From positions 288,001 to 352,000 of the forward strand of contig OZ220733.1 in NCBI GenBank assembly GCA_965116875.1: DNA of 64,000 nucleotides. Direction: 5' to 3'. Below are positions 1 through 9,093 of this stretch, piece by piece. Position numbers and translations under genes: made by a program. Numbering within the stretch: position 1 is the stretch's first letter; each line of letters begins with the position of its first letter. The notes beneath the pieces are model-generated. The model was not told where the DNA came from, ran no database searches, and saw nothing but the letters and a program-made list of their open reading frames with translations. Source of the stretch: Candidatus Latescibacterota bacterium. GTDB lineage: Bacteria > Latescibacterota > UBA2968 > GCA-2709665.

Positions 1-539
1 CGAATCCATTCGAACACGATCTGAAAGATGCCCAGCCGGCCCGGTCCAATGATGGTCCGCGGACGAAGAATCAGGCTGGGCAACCCCTTTTGCGTTATTG
101 CCCGGACCTCCTGCTCCGCCGCGAGCTTCGCACGACCGTAATTCTCGACGGGCGCCGCCGGCGTGGCGCTCGTAATCGGACACGCGTCGGGGATGCCGAA
201 GACCGCGGAGGAGGACGTGTGGACGAACAGTCTGACGCCGGCCTCCAGAGCCGCGTCCGCAGCCGCCCGCGTGCCTCCGACGTTGACACTCCAAAATTCG
301 CGGCCTGCCTTCGCCAGAGGCACCAAGGCGACGTTGTGATGTACGAATTGCACACCCGTCATCGCATCCCGCACGCCGCGCCGGTCGCGAATATCGCACG
401 CAACGAACTCCGTGCCGCGAGGGCGGTCGGGCGAATCGATGACATCCAGCACCCTTACCCCCTCGCCCCGCGCGTGCAACCGCCGGACGATGTGGCTACC
501 CAGGAATCCCGACCCGCCCGTTACCAGGTGCATTGCCAT
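1..539 (-). CDS. NAD-dependent epimerase/dehydratase (extended SDR), partial, runs off window start
   Basis: Not in ORF track (no stop in window). Manual translation from ATG at 539: MAMHLVTGGSGFLGSHIV (TGxxGxxG)...HTSSSAVFG...YGRAK (YxxxK)...LRPRTIIGPG. Confidence 0.85.
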   Translation of the reverse strand, partial: MAMHLVTGGSGFLGSHIVRRLHARGEGVRVLDVIDSPDRPRGTEFVACDIRDRRGVRDAMTGVQFVHHNVALVPLAKAGREFWSVNVGGTRAAADAALEAGVRLFVHTSSSAVFGIPDACPITSATPAAPVENYGRAKLAAEQEVRAITQKGLPSLILRPRTIIGPGRLGIFQIVFEWI

Positions 540-582
540 ACGAATGACCTGCCTGCTCGATGTGTCCTCGACCGGAAGTTCC

Positions 583-1170
583 TCACCGTTCCCCCACCGA
601 TTCAGGTAACCTGGTTCCTGGCGAGAATACCTCGCAGCGAACGGCATCCCTCGACAGCGCCAGGATCTCGTAGACCAGGTGCGCGGGTTTGACCCGATAG
701 TACCAGAGTCGATCGACAACGCGCTCGCCGGTAAAGACCCTGAATGGCACCCGGTGGACCCGCGCAATCCGGTAGCCCGACCTGGCGAAACAGTAATGCG
801 CGCGGTAGGAGTGCGTGTGGGCGCAGACCAGGTCGATGGGGCCCGGCGGCCATCGATTCCGGTCGATGAGGTATTTTCGAAGCAGACGCGCATTGCCGAG
901 CGTATCGACGTATCCCTGCGCCGGATACATGGGACAGTGAATCTGCCGGCATGCCGACCTGACGGTGAGGTAAGCGTATGCCGCCTCCTGTTCATAGACT
1001 TCGCCGCCAAACCGATTCGCGGGGGCCAGATACACGACGGTAGCCGGCGTCGCTATTTTCGCGACATAGTCCAGGACCTGCCGGAAGACAAAACTGGGCT
1101 CGGGCAGGGTCTTTCCGCGGGCGCTCCTGGCCAATCCTTCCGGTACGACAACCAGGCGCCTTTCTTTCAC
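583..1170 (-). CDS. YdcF/DUF218 (ElyC/SanA)-like protein
   Basis: ORF 583..1278; likely GTG start at 1170 overlapping upstream TGA (GTGA). Motifs DTLGNA and LVCAHTHSYRA resemble DUF218 (sTxENA, vTsxxHxxRA); C-terminal YEILAL. Confidence 0.55.
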   Translation of the reverse strand: MKERRLVVVPEGLARSARGKTLPEPSFVFRQVLDYVAKIATPATVVYLAPANRFGGEVYEQEAAYAYLTVRSACRQIHCPMYPAQGYVDTLGNARLLRKYLIDRNRWPPGPIDLVCAHTHSYRAHYCFARSGYRIARVHRVPFRVFTGERVVDRLWYYRVKPAHLVYEILALSRDAVRCEVFSPGTRLPESVGER

Positions 1171-2210
1171 GGCAGGAATCCCCGATCGATACACCACCTG
1201 ATGGACCGCCGCATGCCCTCCTCCAGGCCGATTCGAGGACAATAGCCCAGTTCCCGTTCGGCCTTTTCGATGGAACACGCGATGGTCTTGTTCATTTCCG
1301 ACAGGACGTGCATCTCCTGCCAGTACAGTCCCGCGCGCTGGATGATCCAGTCGCAGGCCACGGCGAATTCACTGGCGATTCCCGGCAGTCTCATCCTCCT
1401 GTGCGCAACCGGCAGGTTGAATTCATGCTCCAGGAGTCTTTCGATCATGTCAACCGTTTCATTCATCGTGTAGGGCTTCCGATCTGCGATCCAGTAGGTC
1501 TGCCCGCGCGCTTTCTCGATATGACCGGCGAGCAGGATGGCCTGACAGAGATTGTCTATATACGTCATGGATCGTCTGTTCTCGCCCCCGCCGACGACGG
1601 GCACGCGCCCGTTCTGAATCATCTTGAAGAATCGTGTCTGACGCGGCGGTTGACCTGGACCGTAAAACCAGCATGGTCGAAGAATCGTGGCTTCGAGTTT
1701 TCCGGACGCGTGCGCCGCATTGACGAAGTCCTCCGCCAGCATTTTCGATTTTCCGTAGCTCATATACGGCCGATTCGGCGAATTCTCGTCGAAAAGGCGC
1801 CCGTTACCGGTGTGATGACCCGCCGGACTGTTGGACGAAATCATGACCATCCGCTCAACGCCGTACTCCACCGCGCAGTCCACGACGTTGCGGGCGCCGC
1901 CCGTATTCACGTCGTAGAAGTCCCTGACCCGCCTGGGATGAATGACGCCAATCAGGTGAAAAAGCGTGGCGCCTTCGGCATCTCTGAACAACGGCTCAAC
2001 CGATGCCCTGTCGCGCACGTCGCCCTCCACCACGCTTAGCTTCCGCGAAGAGCCGCGCAATTCCTCCGAGTTCACGCCGTTGAACACAAAACACCGTATG
2101 CGGCGATCCGCATACGGTTCCGTAAGCCACGGCATACCGGCACTGCCATTGACGATCGTATCGACCAGTCGGGTGCCCAGCCAACCGGGCGCACCGGTAA
2201 TCAGGATCAT
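1167..2210 (-). CDS. NAD-dependent epimerase/dehydratase (extended SDR)
   Basis: ITGAPGWLG Rossmann motif, SSNS, YGKSK, LRPCWFYGPG. Confidence 0.9.
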   Translation of the reverse strand: MILITGAPGWLGTRLVDTIVNGSAGMPWLTEPYADRRIRCFVFNGVNSEELRGSSRKLSVVEGDVRDRASVEPLFRDAEGATLFHLIGVIHPRRVRDFYDVNTGGARNVVDCAVEYGVERMVMISSNSPAGHHTGNGRLFDENSPNRPYMSYGKSKMLAEDFVNAAHASGKLEATILRPCWFYGPGQPPRQTRFFKMIQNGRVPVVGGGENRRSMTYIDNLCQAILLAGHIEKARGQTYWIADRKPYTMNETVDMIERLLEHEFNLPVAHRRMRLPGIASEFAVACDWIIQRAGLYWQEMHVLSEMNKTIACSIEKAERELGYCPRIGLEEGMRRSIRWCIDRGFLP

Positions 2211-2395
2211 GCGCGGAATATCCTTCCTTCCGTCGAATTTCGTCCGCTCGTCACAAGTCGCAGTTCAGAACGGCTCGTCGGTCACGACGTACGGCACGAA
2301 ATCCCCCGCCTCGATTCTCCGTGCCCGGCCTCGCCTGCCTGCCAGGACTTGACCTTGATTCGTCATTTTTCCGGGAGGTTAATTCGTAAATGTGT

Positions 2396-2418
2396 CAGTT
2401 AAAAAGGCGATTTAACTG
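2396..2418. promoter_or_regulatory. Inverted repeat, possible operator
   Basis: CAGTTAAA-N7-TTTAACTG in an AT-rich patch upstream of the SDR operon. Confidence 0.35.
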
Positions 2419-2553
2419 CTGATTACCAGGATACACCAGGACACTGGACGTGAACCGAAAAAATGTCCTTCATGACGACCCTTTCGGCCCGTTTCGAAAG
2501 GTTTCGTCGCGGTGCCGCGTTGCGGCTTGTGCGGAATTGAGGTTGACTGGCAG

Positions 2554-2586
2554 GCCTGCAGAGCAACTTTATCAACGGACTGCTAA
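2554..2586 (-). mobile_element. Partial copy (left end) of the MITE at 30008-30175
   Basis: Reverse complement TTAGCAGTCCGTTGATAAAGTTGCTCTGCAGGC matches 30008-30040 at 32/33 nt; its TAG is the stop codon of the VOC gene. Confidence 0.75.
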
Positions 2587-2999
2587 TCCACACGGGCCCC
2601 GACCCACTCGCTCCTGTTGCAGGTGACGTCTACGATATTTCCATCGGGGTCCAGGACCTTGAACGACACCGGAGGGCGCACGTCCGGATCGACGGGGTTA
2701 CGCTCTTTCACGTTTTCGCGCACGACCTCCGCTCCCCAGTCCATGATGCGGGTCCACGTCGCGTCCAGGTCTTCCACGACCACGCCGAAATGGATGAACT
2801 CATTCCCTTCTTCGAGGGGCGGTCGACTCGAATCCACGGGCTGCTGAATCAACGTAATGTTGTTCGTTCCGTCGCTCATGTCCAGGGCGTCGCCGTGTGC
2901 GCGGCGGGAGATGAAACGCCAGCCGATCACCTCTTCGTAGAACCGCCTGGACTCTTCCATATCGGCGCAGCGCAGCGCGAGATGCCTCAACAGGCCCAT
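2583..2999 (-). CDS. VOC family (glyoxalase/bleomycin resistance) protein
   Basis: LRHLALRCADMEESRRFY, HFGVVVEDL, DPDGNIVDV; RBS AGGAGG. Confidence 0.9.
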   Translation of the reverse strand: MGLLRHLALRCADMEESRRFYEEVIGWRFISRRAHGDALDMSDGTNNITLIQQPVDSSRPPLEEGNEFIHFGVVVEDLDATWTRIMDWGAEVVRENVKERNPVDPDVRPPVSFKVLDPDGNIVDVTCNRSEWVGARVD

Positions 3000-3058
3000 A
3001 GCTTCCTCCTTGATCGGGAATTCCCGGATTCCAGAACTGAACGACAGTGGACCGGCGC

Positions 3059-4042
3059 CTACAATACGCCCGCGGCGCGGAGAACCGTTTCCTGCACGAT
3101 CAATTCATGATCGAGTGACCGGACGGTCGGTCTCCGTCCCCTGATCTCGGCGACCATCGAGCGCAGGCTCCCGACGTACCTCGGTTCGTTCTCGACGGGT
3201 ACTACCTGCCAACCCTTGCTGAATCCGTCGCGAGCCTCGTCCAGGCAGAGGCGTACCACCGGATCCGGCTCCAGTGGCTCCATAATGACGCTCCCCCGCG
3301 TACCGTACACTTCGAACCGCCGCGACGGAAAAGCCGACACTTCCAGAGACGATGACTCAACGATCGCCAACGCGTTTTCGTACTCGAAGACCGCCGCGGT
3401 ATTGTCCCTGAAGGCGGGCACGATACCCCGCTCGTTCCTGAGGAACGACGTCACCCTGTCGGGCCGTCCCAGGACGGCCACGACGATGTCCATCAGATGA
3501 CACAACAACTCAAACAGAATGCCGCCCTTGTGAACAGCCAGATCCTTACGCCTGTCGTCGTCCACCAGCGTGGACATCCGCCCGCGGAGGGAGTAAACCT
3601 CCCCGAGTCTGCGGGATTTCACGCAGTCCAGGATAAACTGGAACCCGGCATTGTACCTGAACATGTACCCCAACTGGAGCAGCAGTCCCTTTTCCCCGGC
3701 CAGCGCGACCAGAGCCTGAAATTCCTCCCAGTTGTCTCCCGCCGGCTTGTCCAGCCAGACGTGCTTGCCGCGCTCCAGCGCCTCACGCGCGAATCCCAGA
3801 TTCTGCGCGATCGCGCCCTCCACCGCAATCGCCGCAATCGAGTCGTCGCCGAGCATCTCCTCCAGGGTATCGTACCAGTTGACGCCTTGGTACGCCTCCA
3901 GCCCGCACCGGGCCTTCCGTACGGCCGGATCCGGTTCAAAGACACCGCAGAAGCGAACGTCCGGGTTGGCCTTCAATACCGCCGCCTTTCCCGCCGCGTG
4001 AGAGTGCAGGATACCGTATTGTGCAAACCTGACTTTCATCAT
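3059..4042 (-). CDS. Gfo/Idh/MocA family oxidoreductase
   Basis: GKHVWLDKP, GYMFRY, GGILFELLCHLMD, EVYGTRG. Confidence 0.9.
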   Translation of the reverse strand: MMKVRFAQYGILHSHAAGKAAVLKANPDVRFCGVFEPDPAVRKARCGLEAYQGVNWYDTLEEMLGDDSIAAIAVEGAIAQNLGFAREALERGKHVWLDKPAGDNWEEFQALVALAGEKGLLLQLGYMFRYNAGFQFILDCVKSRRLGEVYSLRGRMSTLVDDDRRKDLAVHKGGILFELLCHLMDIVVAVLGRPDRVTSFLRNERGIVPAFRDNTAAVFEYENALAIVESSSLEVSAFPSRRFEVYGTRGSVIMEPLEPDPVVRLCLDEARDGFSKGWQVVPVENEPRYVGSLRSMVAEIRGRRPTVRSLDHELIVQETVLRAAGVL

Positions 4043-4134
4043 TCCTCCTGTCCCGTACCGGCCCAGGACGCCGTCCGTTCGGGATCACGTTGACCCGCTT
4101 TTCAAAGCGCGGAGTGCTCCGGGAGCACCAGGAT

Positions 4135-5166
4135 CTACGGCGCGATGGATTCCGGCGACGCGCCGTCTGTATCGTGCGGATCGAAATCGTCATGGAACGG
4201 TGTCTCCACGCCCAACTCCGCCGCGACCGCCGCCAGATCCCTCCGGTGATCCGGACCGATGGGTATGCCCGCTGAAGCCCAGCTTTGCTCCCGTTCCCAT
4301 TCCAGTGCGCCCGGAAGCAGCGCGCGGTCCTCGCCCGGAAACGGTTGAAGCCCTCGCACGGCGGCAATAAAGTCATCCATCTGTCGCCGAAAAGCTTCCC
4401 GCGGCGCAAAAGCGGCGACGTCCACGGCCAGGATGAACGATCCCTGGTTCACCGCCGGCCACAACGCTCCCTGCTCTTCTTGCGTCTGAATACCCGCCAG
4501 CAGACCTCCAAGCGCGTGACAGACGACGCCCAGGCCGAGACTCTTGAAAAACGTCGCCGGCATGCGTTGGAATATCGTCTCGAAATCCGCGCTCCCGGAA
4601 GGCGCGAGCGCCGTGGACATATCCAGGACCAGCGGATGCTCCCGGCCGGACGGAACCGCGAAACTCATCGGCGACGCGCCGTTGGCGGACATGATCCCCT
4701 GTTCGGGCGACAGGCGCCGGAGATGCGACGACACGACAAAGCCGGCCATACCCGCCCCTGAAATGATCCGGGAGTACTTGCCTGCGGCGCCGAAATGGAA
4801 ATGGTTGCGCGTGACGACAGCCGCCAGTCCCACTGCACCGGCCTTTTCCACGGCGAGGTGCGCCGCTCGCCAGGAAGCAAAATGACCCAGCCCCCCGTCG
4901 CCGTCGATCGCAGCCGTCGCCGGGGTCTGTTGCGCAATGGCGCTCTCCGGGTTCGGATTCAGTTCTCCATCGCGCAGGAGCCGCAGGTAGCGCGCCGACT
5001 GCCGCGTCCCGTGGCTGAACACGCCACGAACGTCGGTTCCCACGAGAAGTTCGGCCATCAGCCGCGACCGGTCCGCGGACATCCCCACCCTGCGATACAG
5101 TTCGAGCACGAACGATCGCATGGTATCCGGCATCACCCGTACGAATTCCACGGGAACGACGTTCAC
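4135..5166 (-). CDS. Ldh_2 family (type 2 malate/L-lactate dehydrogenase-like) oxidoreductase
   Basis: DVRGVFSHG, IDGDGGLGH, RNHFHFGAAG, LVLDMST, LLPGALE. Confidence 0.88.
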   Translation of the reverse strand: MNVVPVEFVRVMPDTMRSFVLELYRRVGMSADRSRLMAELLVGTDVRGVFSHGTRQSARYLRLLRDGELNPNPESAIAQQTPATAAIDGDGGLGHFASWRAAHLAVEKAGAVGLAAVVTRNHFHFGAAGKYSRIISGAGMAGFVVSSHLRRLSPEQGIMSANGASPMSFAVPSGREHPLVLDMSTALAPSGSADFETIFQRMPATFFKSLGLGVVCHALGGLLAGIQTQEEQGALWPAVNQGSFILAVDVAAFAPREAFRRQMDDFIAAVRGLQPFPGEDRALLPGALEWEREQSWASAGIPIGPDHRRDLAAVAAELGVETPFHDDFDPHDTDGASPESIAP

Positions 5167-5207
5167 GCCACGCTCCTCCCGAGACCGGTTGTAATGGGAT
5201 CGGGGAT

Positions 5208-5894
5208 CTACATAATCCCATAACGTTCAAACGCTTCACTCGCGGACATGCCTCGTTCGATGGCTTCACGAACACGGTTTTCGCCCCGCACCTTGTCCAG
5301 CGCCCGGTCAATGACGTCTGTCTCGGCGGCGGCGGGGACGATCACCACGCCGTCCAGGTCGCCGAACACGATATCCCCCGGTGACACACCGGCGCCGTTT
5401 GAGAGCGTCAACGTACAACGATAGTCGACCACGCGACCACGCACCCGCTGGTCCTGAGCGTACCGGCCGGCGCAGAACGTGGGAAAGTTCAATTGCAGAA
5501 TGCCCCGCGTGTCACGGCTGAATCCGTCCAGAACGGCGCCCGCCGCACCCAGCTTCATCGCTCGCGTACTCAACAGTTCGCCCCAGAGCGCGTACGTCGG
5601 CGAGGCGCCCGTGCAGATGTAAACTTCGTTCGGACGCAGATCATCGAGCGCCTCGAACATCAGGCCGAACGGCCCCTCGTCGTCCATGGAACCGCCGTCC
5701 CTGTCGGTCCAATCGGCCTCCAGGACCGGCATTGCACGGCCCGCCACGACCATATCGTCACGGAGGGGCTGAACCTCCGGCGGCAGGAACTGCCTGATCA
5801 GACCCACCTCGTCCATCACGTCACCCACCACGGCGGTGAACAGTTCACGCCGCATCAGCTCGAAAAGCCCGGCATCGTCGCGCCATTCGGCCAT
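5208..5894 (-). CDS. RraA family / HMG-CHA aldolase-like protein
   Basis: ALWGELLS, GAVLDGFSRD, VSPGDIVFGDLDGVVIVP; probable start ATG 5894 after GGAG. Confidence 0.85.
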   Translation of the reverse strand: MAEWRDDAGLFELMRRELFTAVVGDVMDEVGLIRQFLPPEVQPLRDDMVVAGRAMPVLEADWTDRDGGSMDDEGPFGLMFEALDDLRPNEVYICTGASPTYALWGELLSTRAMKLGAAGAVLDGFSRDTRGILQLNFPTFCAGRYAQDQRVRGRVVDYRCTLTLSNGAGVSPGDIVFGDLDGVVIVPAAAETDVIDRALDKVRGENRVREAIERGMSASEAFERYGIM

Positions 5895-5925
5895 ACTGTC
5901 TTTCTCCGGAGATATTAACATCCAC

Positions 5926-8895
5926 CTACCAACGGGCTTCGTACGTCCGTACCACGCGAAACTGGCGGCCGGCTTCAAAATCGTAGAGGAATCCCTTCGA
6001 ATAGTCCAGTTCGTCCACCATTCCCCGCACGAAATCCACGTTGCCCACGTCGATCAGCGTTCGGTCACCCTCCCGGCGGACCTCGCGAATCCGGTAGGTC
6101 GCATCGCGTTCGTTATCGTTCTCGATGGAAATAAACTCACCCTCGAGCGGGTCCTCAGGCGGGATTACGGACGTCCAGATCCGGCCCGGCTCGCAAGCTT
6201 CAACCCTGCCCCGCCATACGCCCGACGCCTTCCGGATACACCGTTCACGGGTGCCGAGTACCGTGCCTCCCGTCAGCACGGCCCAATGCGCGGACCCGTT
6301 CACTTCCGAATACACGCCCAGACTCCCGTCGAACATGATCCGTCCATCCACCTCCAAGATTGAATCTCCGTCGCCGAAAACCAACGTATCGACCCGGTCT
6401 CCCGGCAGATGCACTTTCAGCGCCCTGGCGGCGCCGGATACCTCAACTTCCTCCGCGGCGCTGACCACGGGAACGCCGTCGTAGGCTTCGATCAGACTCA
6501 GGAACGAGGAATCAAGGCTGTCGTTCCCCTCGTGCGAGGCGACCGCGTAGGTCAATCTCCTCGGGTTTCCAGGCTTGTTCTGCGGCGGGTCCCCGTGGCA
6601 CAGCGCCACCTCACCCGGCGGGCTGAACAGACGCCACCGCAGGTGTACGGCGGTCATCAGCGGTACGCCTTCAGCGCGGGACTCCGCTCTGACCTTCCAG
6701 GTGTCCCTCACCCTCCAGTCCACGGATACGACGCCTTCAGGCGAAGGACACCGTCTGACGTCGTACAGATATTGGAAGCCGCTTCCCATGTAACCGTCCA
6801 AATCCACAACGGAACCATCGTAGAACTCGCCGAAGCCGACGTCCTCGCCAGCGTAGGTGCCTCGAGCCTGTGGCTGCAAGACCATCCCCCCGGTCGTCAC
6901 GTCTCCTTCCGCCGCGTGGAACATGAAATGGTGTGAACTCCCGCCGGATACGCGGAACAGATCGACGACGTAGAAGTCCCTCTCCGATACCCGGACAAGG
7001 ACGCTGCACCGGCCGAAGGCGCGGCACTGCGGATAGACATCGGGGGACGACACGGAAACCGCCTTCACGTTCTCCGCGAATCCCGCGAAACCGACCTTGC
7101 CTGAATAGGTGCGCTTCTGGGGACTTCGATCCACCAGGACCGTATTGTGCGAAACCGTATGGTTCGTCCAGCCCGACCGCTTGGGCCACACCCGGGCGTG
7201 CTCGGGATATCCCAGGTCGGGCAACAGGTCCAGTCCGAAGCCGTAGAGTCCCAGATTGAGGCGATCCGCGTGTCCGTGGCCCCCATTGCGACCGTAATAC
7301 AACCACATCGTCCTTTCGAATCCACCCTCTCCGTCACGCAGCATCGCCAGACCGTATCCCGTCATCACATCGGATGCCAGCCGCAGCGGACCACACCTGC
7401 GGACCGTTTCCGCCACCCGGACCCGTATCGCCTCCGGGTCCGGATCCGTAATGGCGCCGTGTACTCCAGACAGATCACCGCCTGCCAGATGATCCGCGGC
7501 CTGCGCCAGTTCGTCGTCTCCGAACATTTCGAACCCGTACAGGCATTGCTCCAGATCCTGTCCGCCGAGCCCGGGACTTCCGGTGCTCCCGCTGTCTCCA
7601 ATGGAAGGCACATAACGATTCAGCGCCGTCACGCGCATGAACGCCAGGTACATCTGGCGGTATCCGGGAAAGTCGCGGATCAGGTAACGGGTATATGACG
7701 GTCGCGACCCGAGGATTATCTCGAGCGACCGCATTCCAAGGGGCCACCTCAGCCAACCCAGGCTGTATCCCGGAGCACCCTCCGATCCCACGCCGTCCCG
7801 ATCGATCTCGCGAGCGAAGAGCAGGGGAATGTGTCCCCCGGTCGGCCGGCGGCCGATGAGGAAACCCTCTCTGAAAATCCAATCCAGCCGGTCATCCGTC
7901 TGTTCGTCGTCGAGCGCGATCGCCAGCATGGCCATGGTGGCCTGGTCCCCCGGCTCGTTATGGTGGATATCCCCCTCAAGGATGGCGTCGATTCCTTCCC
8001 TCAGGATGTTGCGCTCGATATGCCGGCTCAACGCGTCCGCGTCGCCCTGCTCGACCAGGCCGTGCCGCAGCTGTTTTGCACGGAGAAACCGGAAGAGGTC
8101 GCCTTCGTCGTCCCAGGCCGCACGGACCAGATCGAAGCACTCGGTAAACGCCTTCAGCAGGCCGGGCTCCCAGATCCGGCCGTAGATCCGGCCCCTGCCG
8201 CTGAGTCCGTCGGAGTTGAAAAACCCCTGCCGCGCCCAGAACGACCAGTCCATATCGGGATAGACGTCCGCGATGCGGGCGAGCAGCACCCCCGCCTTGT
8301 GGGCGTAGACGCGGTCTCCCGTCAGCAGAAACGCTTCGCGGAACGCGGCGCACGCGGAGCTGATCTCCGACCAGATTCCATAGTGACCGTAGACCCCGAC
8401 CAGCTTGAACGATTCTCCCTCCTCATCGGTCCACCCCGTCCCGTCGTCTACGGCGAACATGTGCTCCGGATCGTCCGGATCGGGTCGTTCGGTATTGTAG
8501 AGCAACGATCGATCCGCCCGATCGGGGTCGAATACACCGTCTTCGGCGATCCCGCTCCGGTAATAGGCCTCGAAGTCATTGGTCGGAAATCGTCCGTTGC
8601 ACGAAGGACATCTGATCTTCCACGGGTCCGCCAGCACGTCAACGTCGAAGCGTCCGCCGTGCCTGTAGATTCCCTGGCCGCATTTCGGGCATCCCCCTTC
8701 AATGCTCGCATTGGTGCTGCGTCCGATCGTCTGGCCCGTGACCAGCGCCCAGAGCGCATCGTCGTCCAGGCGTACCCACCGCTTCGCCCTGTCGACGGCC
8801 GCATCCCGCCGGGCGGCCGCCCAATCGAACCGCGTCGCGTTCAACCGTGCGTATCTCACCTGCTCCGGCGTCAACAGCTGTGCGCCTTTACCCAA
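5926..8895 (-). CDS. Heparinase II/III-like protein with N-terminal 4-Cys motif
   Basis: 989 aa; GHGHADRLNL, LLPDLGYP, HTVSHNTVLVD (heparinase II/III C-terminal motifs); DRDGVGSEGAPGY; CPKC...CPSC near N-terminus. Confidence 0.8.
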   Translation of the reverse strand: MGKGAQLLTPEQVRYARLNATRFDWAAARRDAAVDRAKRWVRLDDDALWALVTGQTIGRSTNASIEGGCPKCGQGIYRHGGRFDVDVLADPWKIRCPSCNGRFPTNDFEAYYRSGIAEDGVFDPDRADRSLLYNTERPDPDDPEHMFAVDDGTGWTDEEGESFKLVGVYGHYGIWSEISSACAAFREAFLLTGDRVYAHKAGVLLARIADVYPDMDWSFWARQGFFNSDGLSGRGRIYGRIWEPGLLKAFTECFDLVRAAWDDEGDLFRFLRAKQLRHGLVEQGDADALSRHIERNILREGIDAILEGDIHHNEPGDQATMAMLAIALDDEQTDDRLDWIFREGFLIGRRPTGGHIPLLFAREIDRDGVGSEGAPGYSLGWLRWPLGMRSLEIILGSRPSYTRYLIRDFPGYRQMYLAFMRVTALNRYVPSIGDSGSTGSPGLGGQDLEQCLYGFEMFGDDELAQAADHLAGGDLSGVHGAITDPDPEAIRVRVAETVRRCGPLRLASDVMTGYGLAMLRDGEGGFERTMWLYYGRNGGHGHADRLNLGLYGFGLDLLPDLGYPEHARVWPKRSGWTNHTVSHNTVLVDRSPQKRTYSGKVGFAGFAENVKAVSVSSPDVYPQCRAFGRCSVLVRVSERDFYVVDLFRVSGGSSHHFMFHAAEGDVTTGGMVLQPQARGTYAGEDVGFGEFYDGSVVDLDGYMGSGFQYLYDVRRCPSPEGVVSVDWRVRDTWKVRAESRAEGVPLMTAVHLRWRLFSPPGEVALCHGDPPQNKPGNPRRLTYAVASHEGNDSLDSSFLSLIEAYDGVPVVSAAEEVEVSGAARALKVHLPGDRVDTLVFGDGDSILEVDGRIMFDGSLGVYSEVNGSAHWAVLTGGTVLGTRERCIRKASGVWRGRVEACEPGRIWTSVIPPEDPLEGEFISIENDNERDATYRIREVRREGDRTLIDVGNVDFVRGMVDELDYSKGFLYDFEAGRQFRVVRTYEARW

Positions 8896-9026
8896 AAGAG
8901 CCTCCCTGACAGACCGTCGGATACCCTGGCGACGTACGGAATGAGATCAAGATACGCGCGCCCCGCACGATGATCAACGGTTTTGTTTCCGCGCGTCTTG
9001 ACAGCCCGTAGCCCTGCCGATATGGG

Positions 9027-9055
9027 TTGACTTGGGGTGCCGTCCCGCCTATCAT
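9027..9055 (+). promoter_or_regulatory. Putative sigma70 promoter
   Basis: TTGACT-17bp-TATCAT upstream of GGAGG RBS and GTG at 9094. Confidence 0.5.
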
Positions 9056-9093
9056 ATCGCCCATGGATCGCTCAGTCCACGGAGGAGTCAAAC

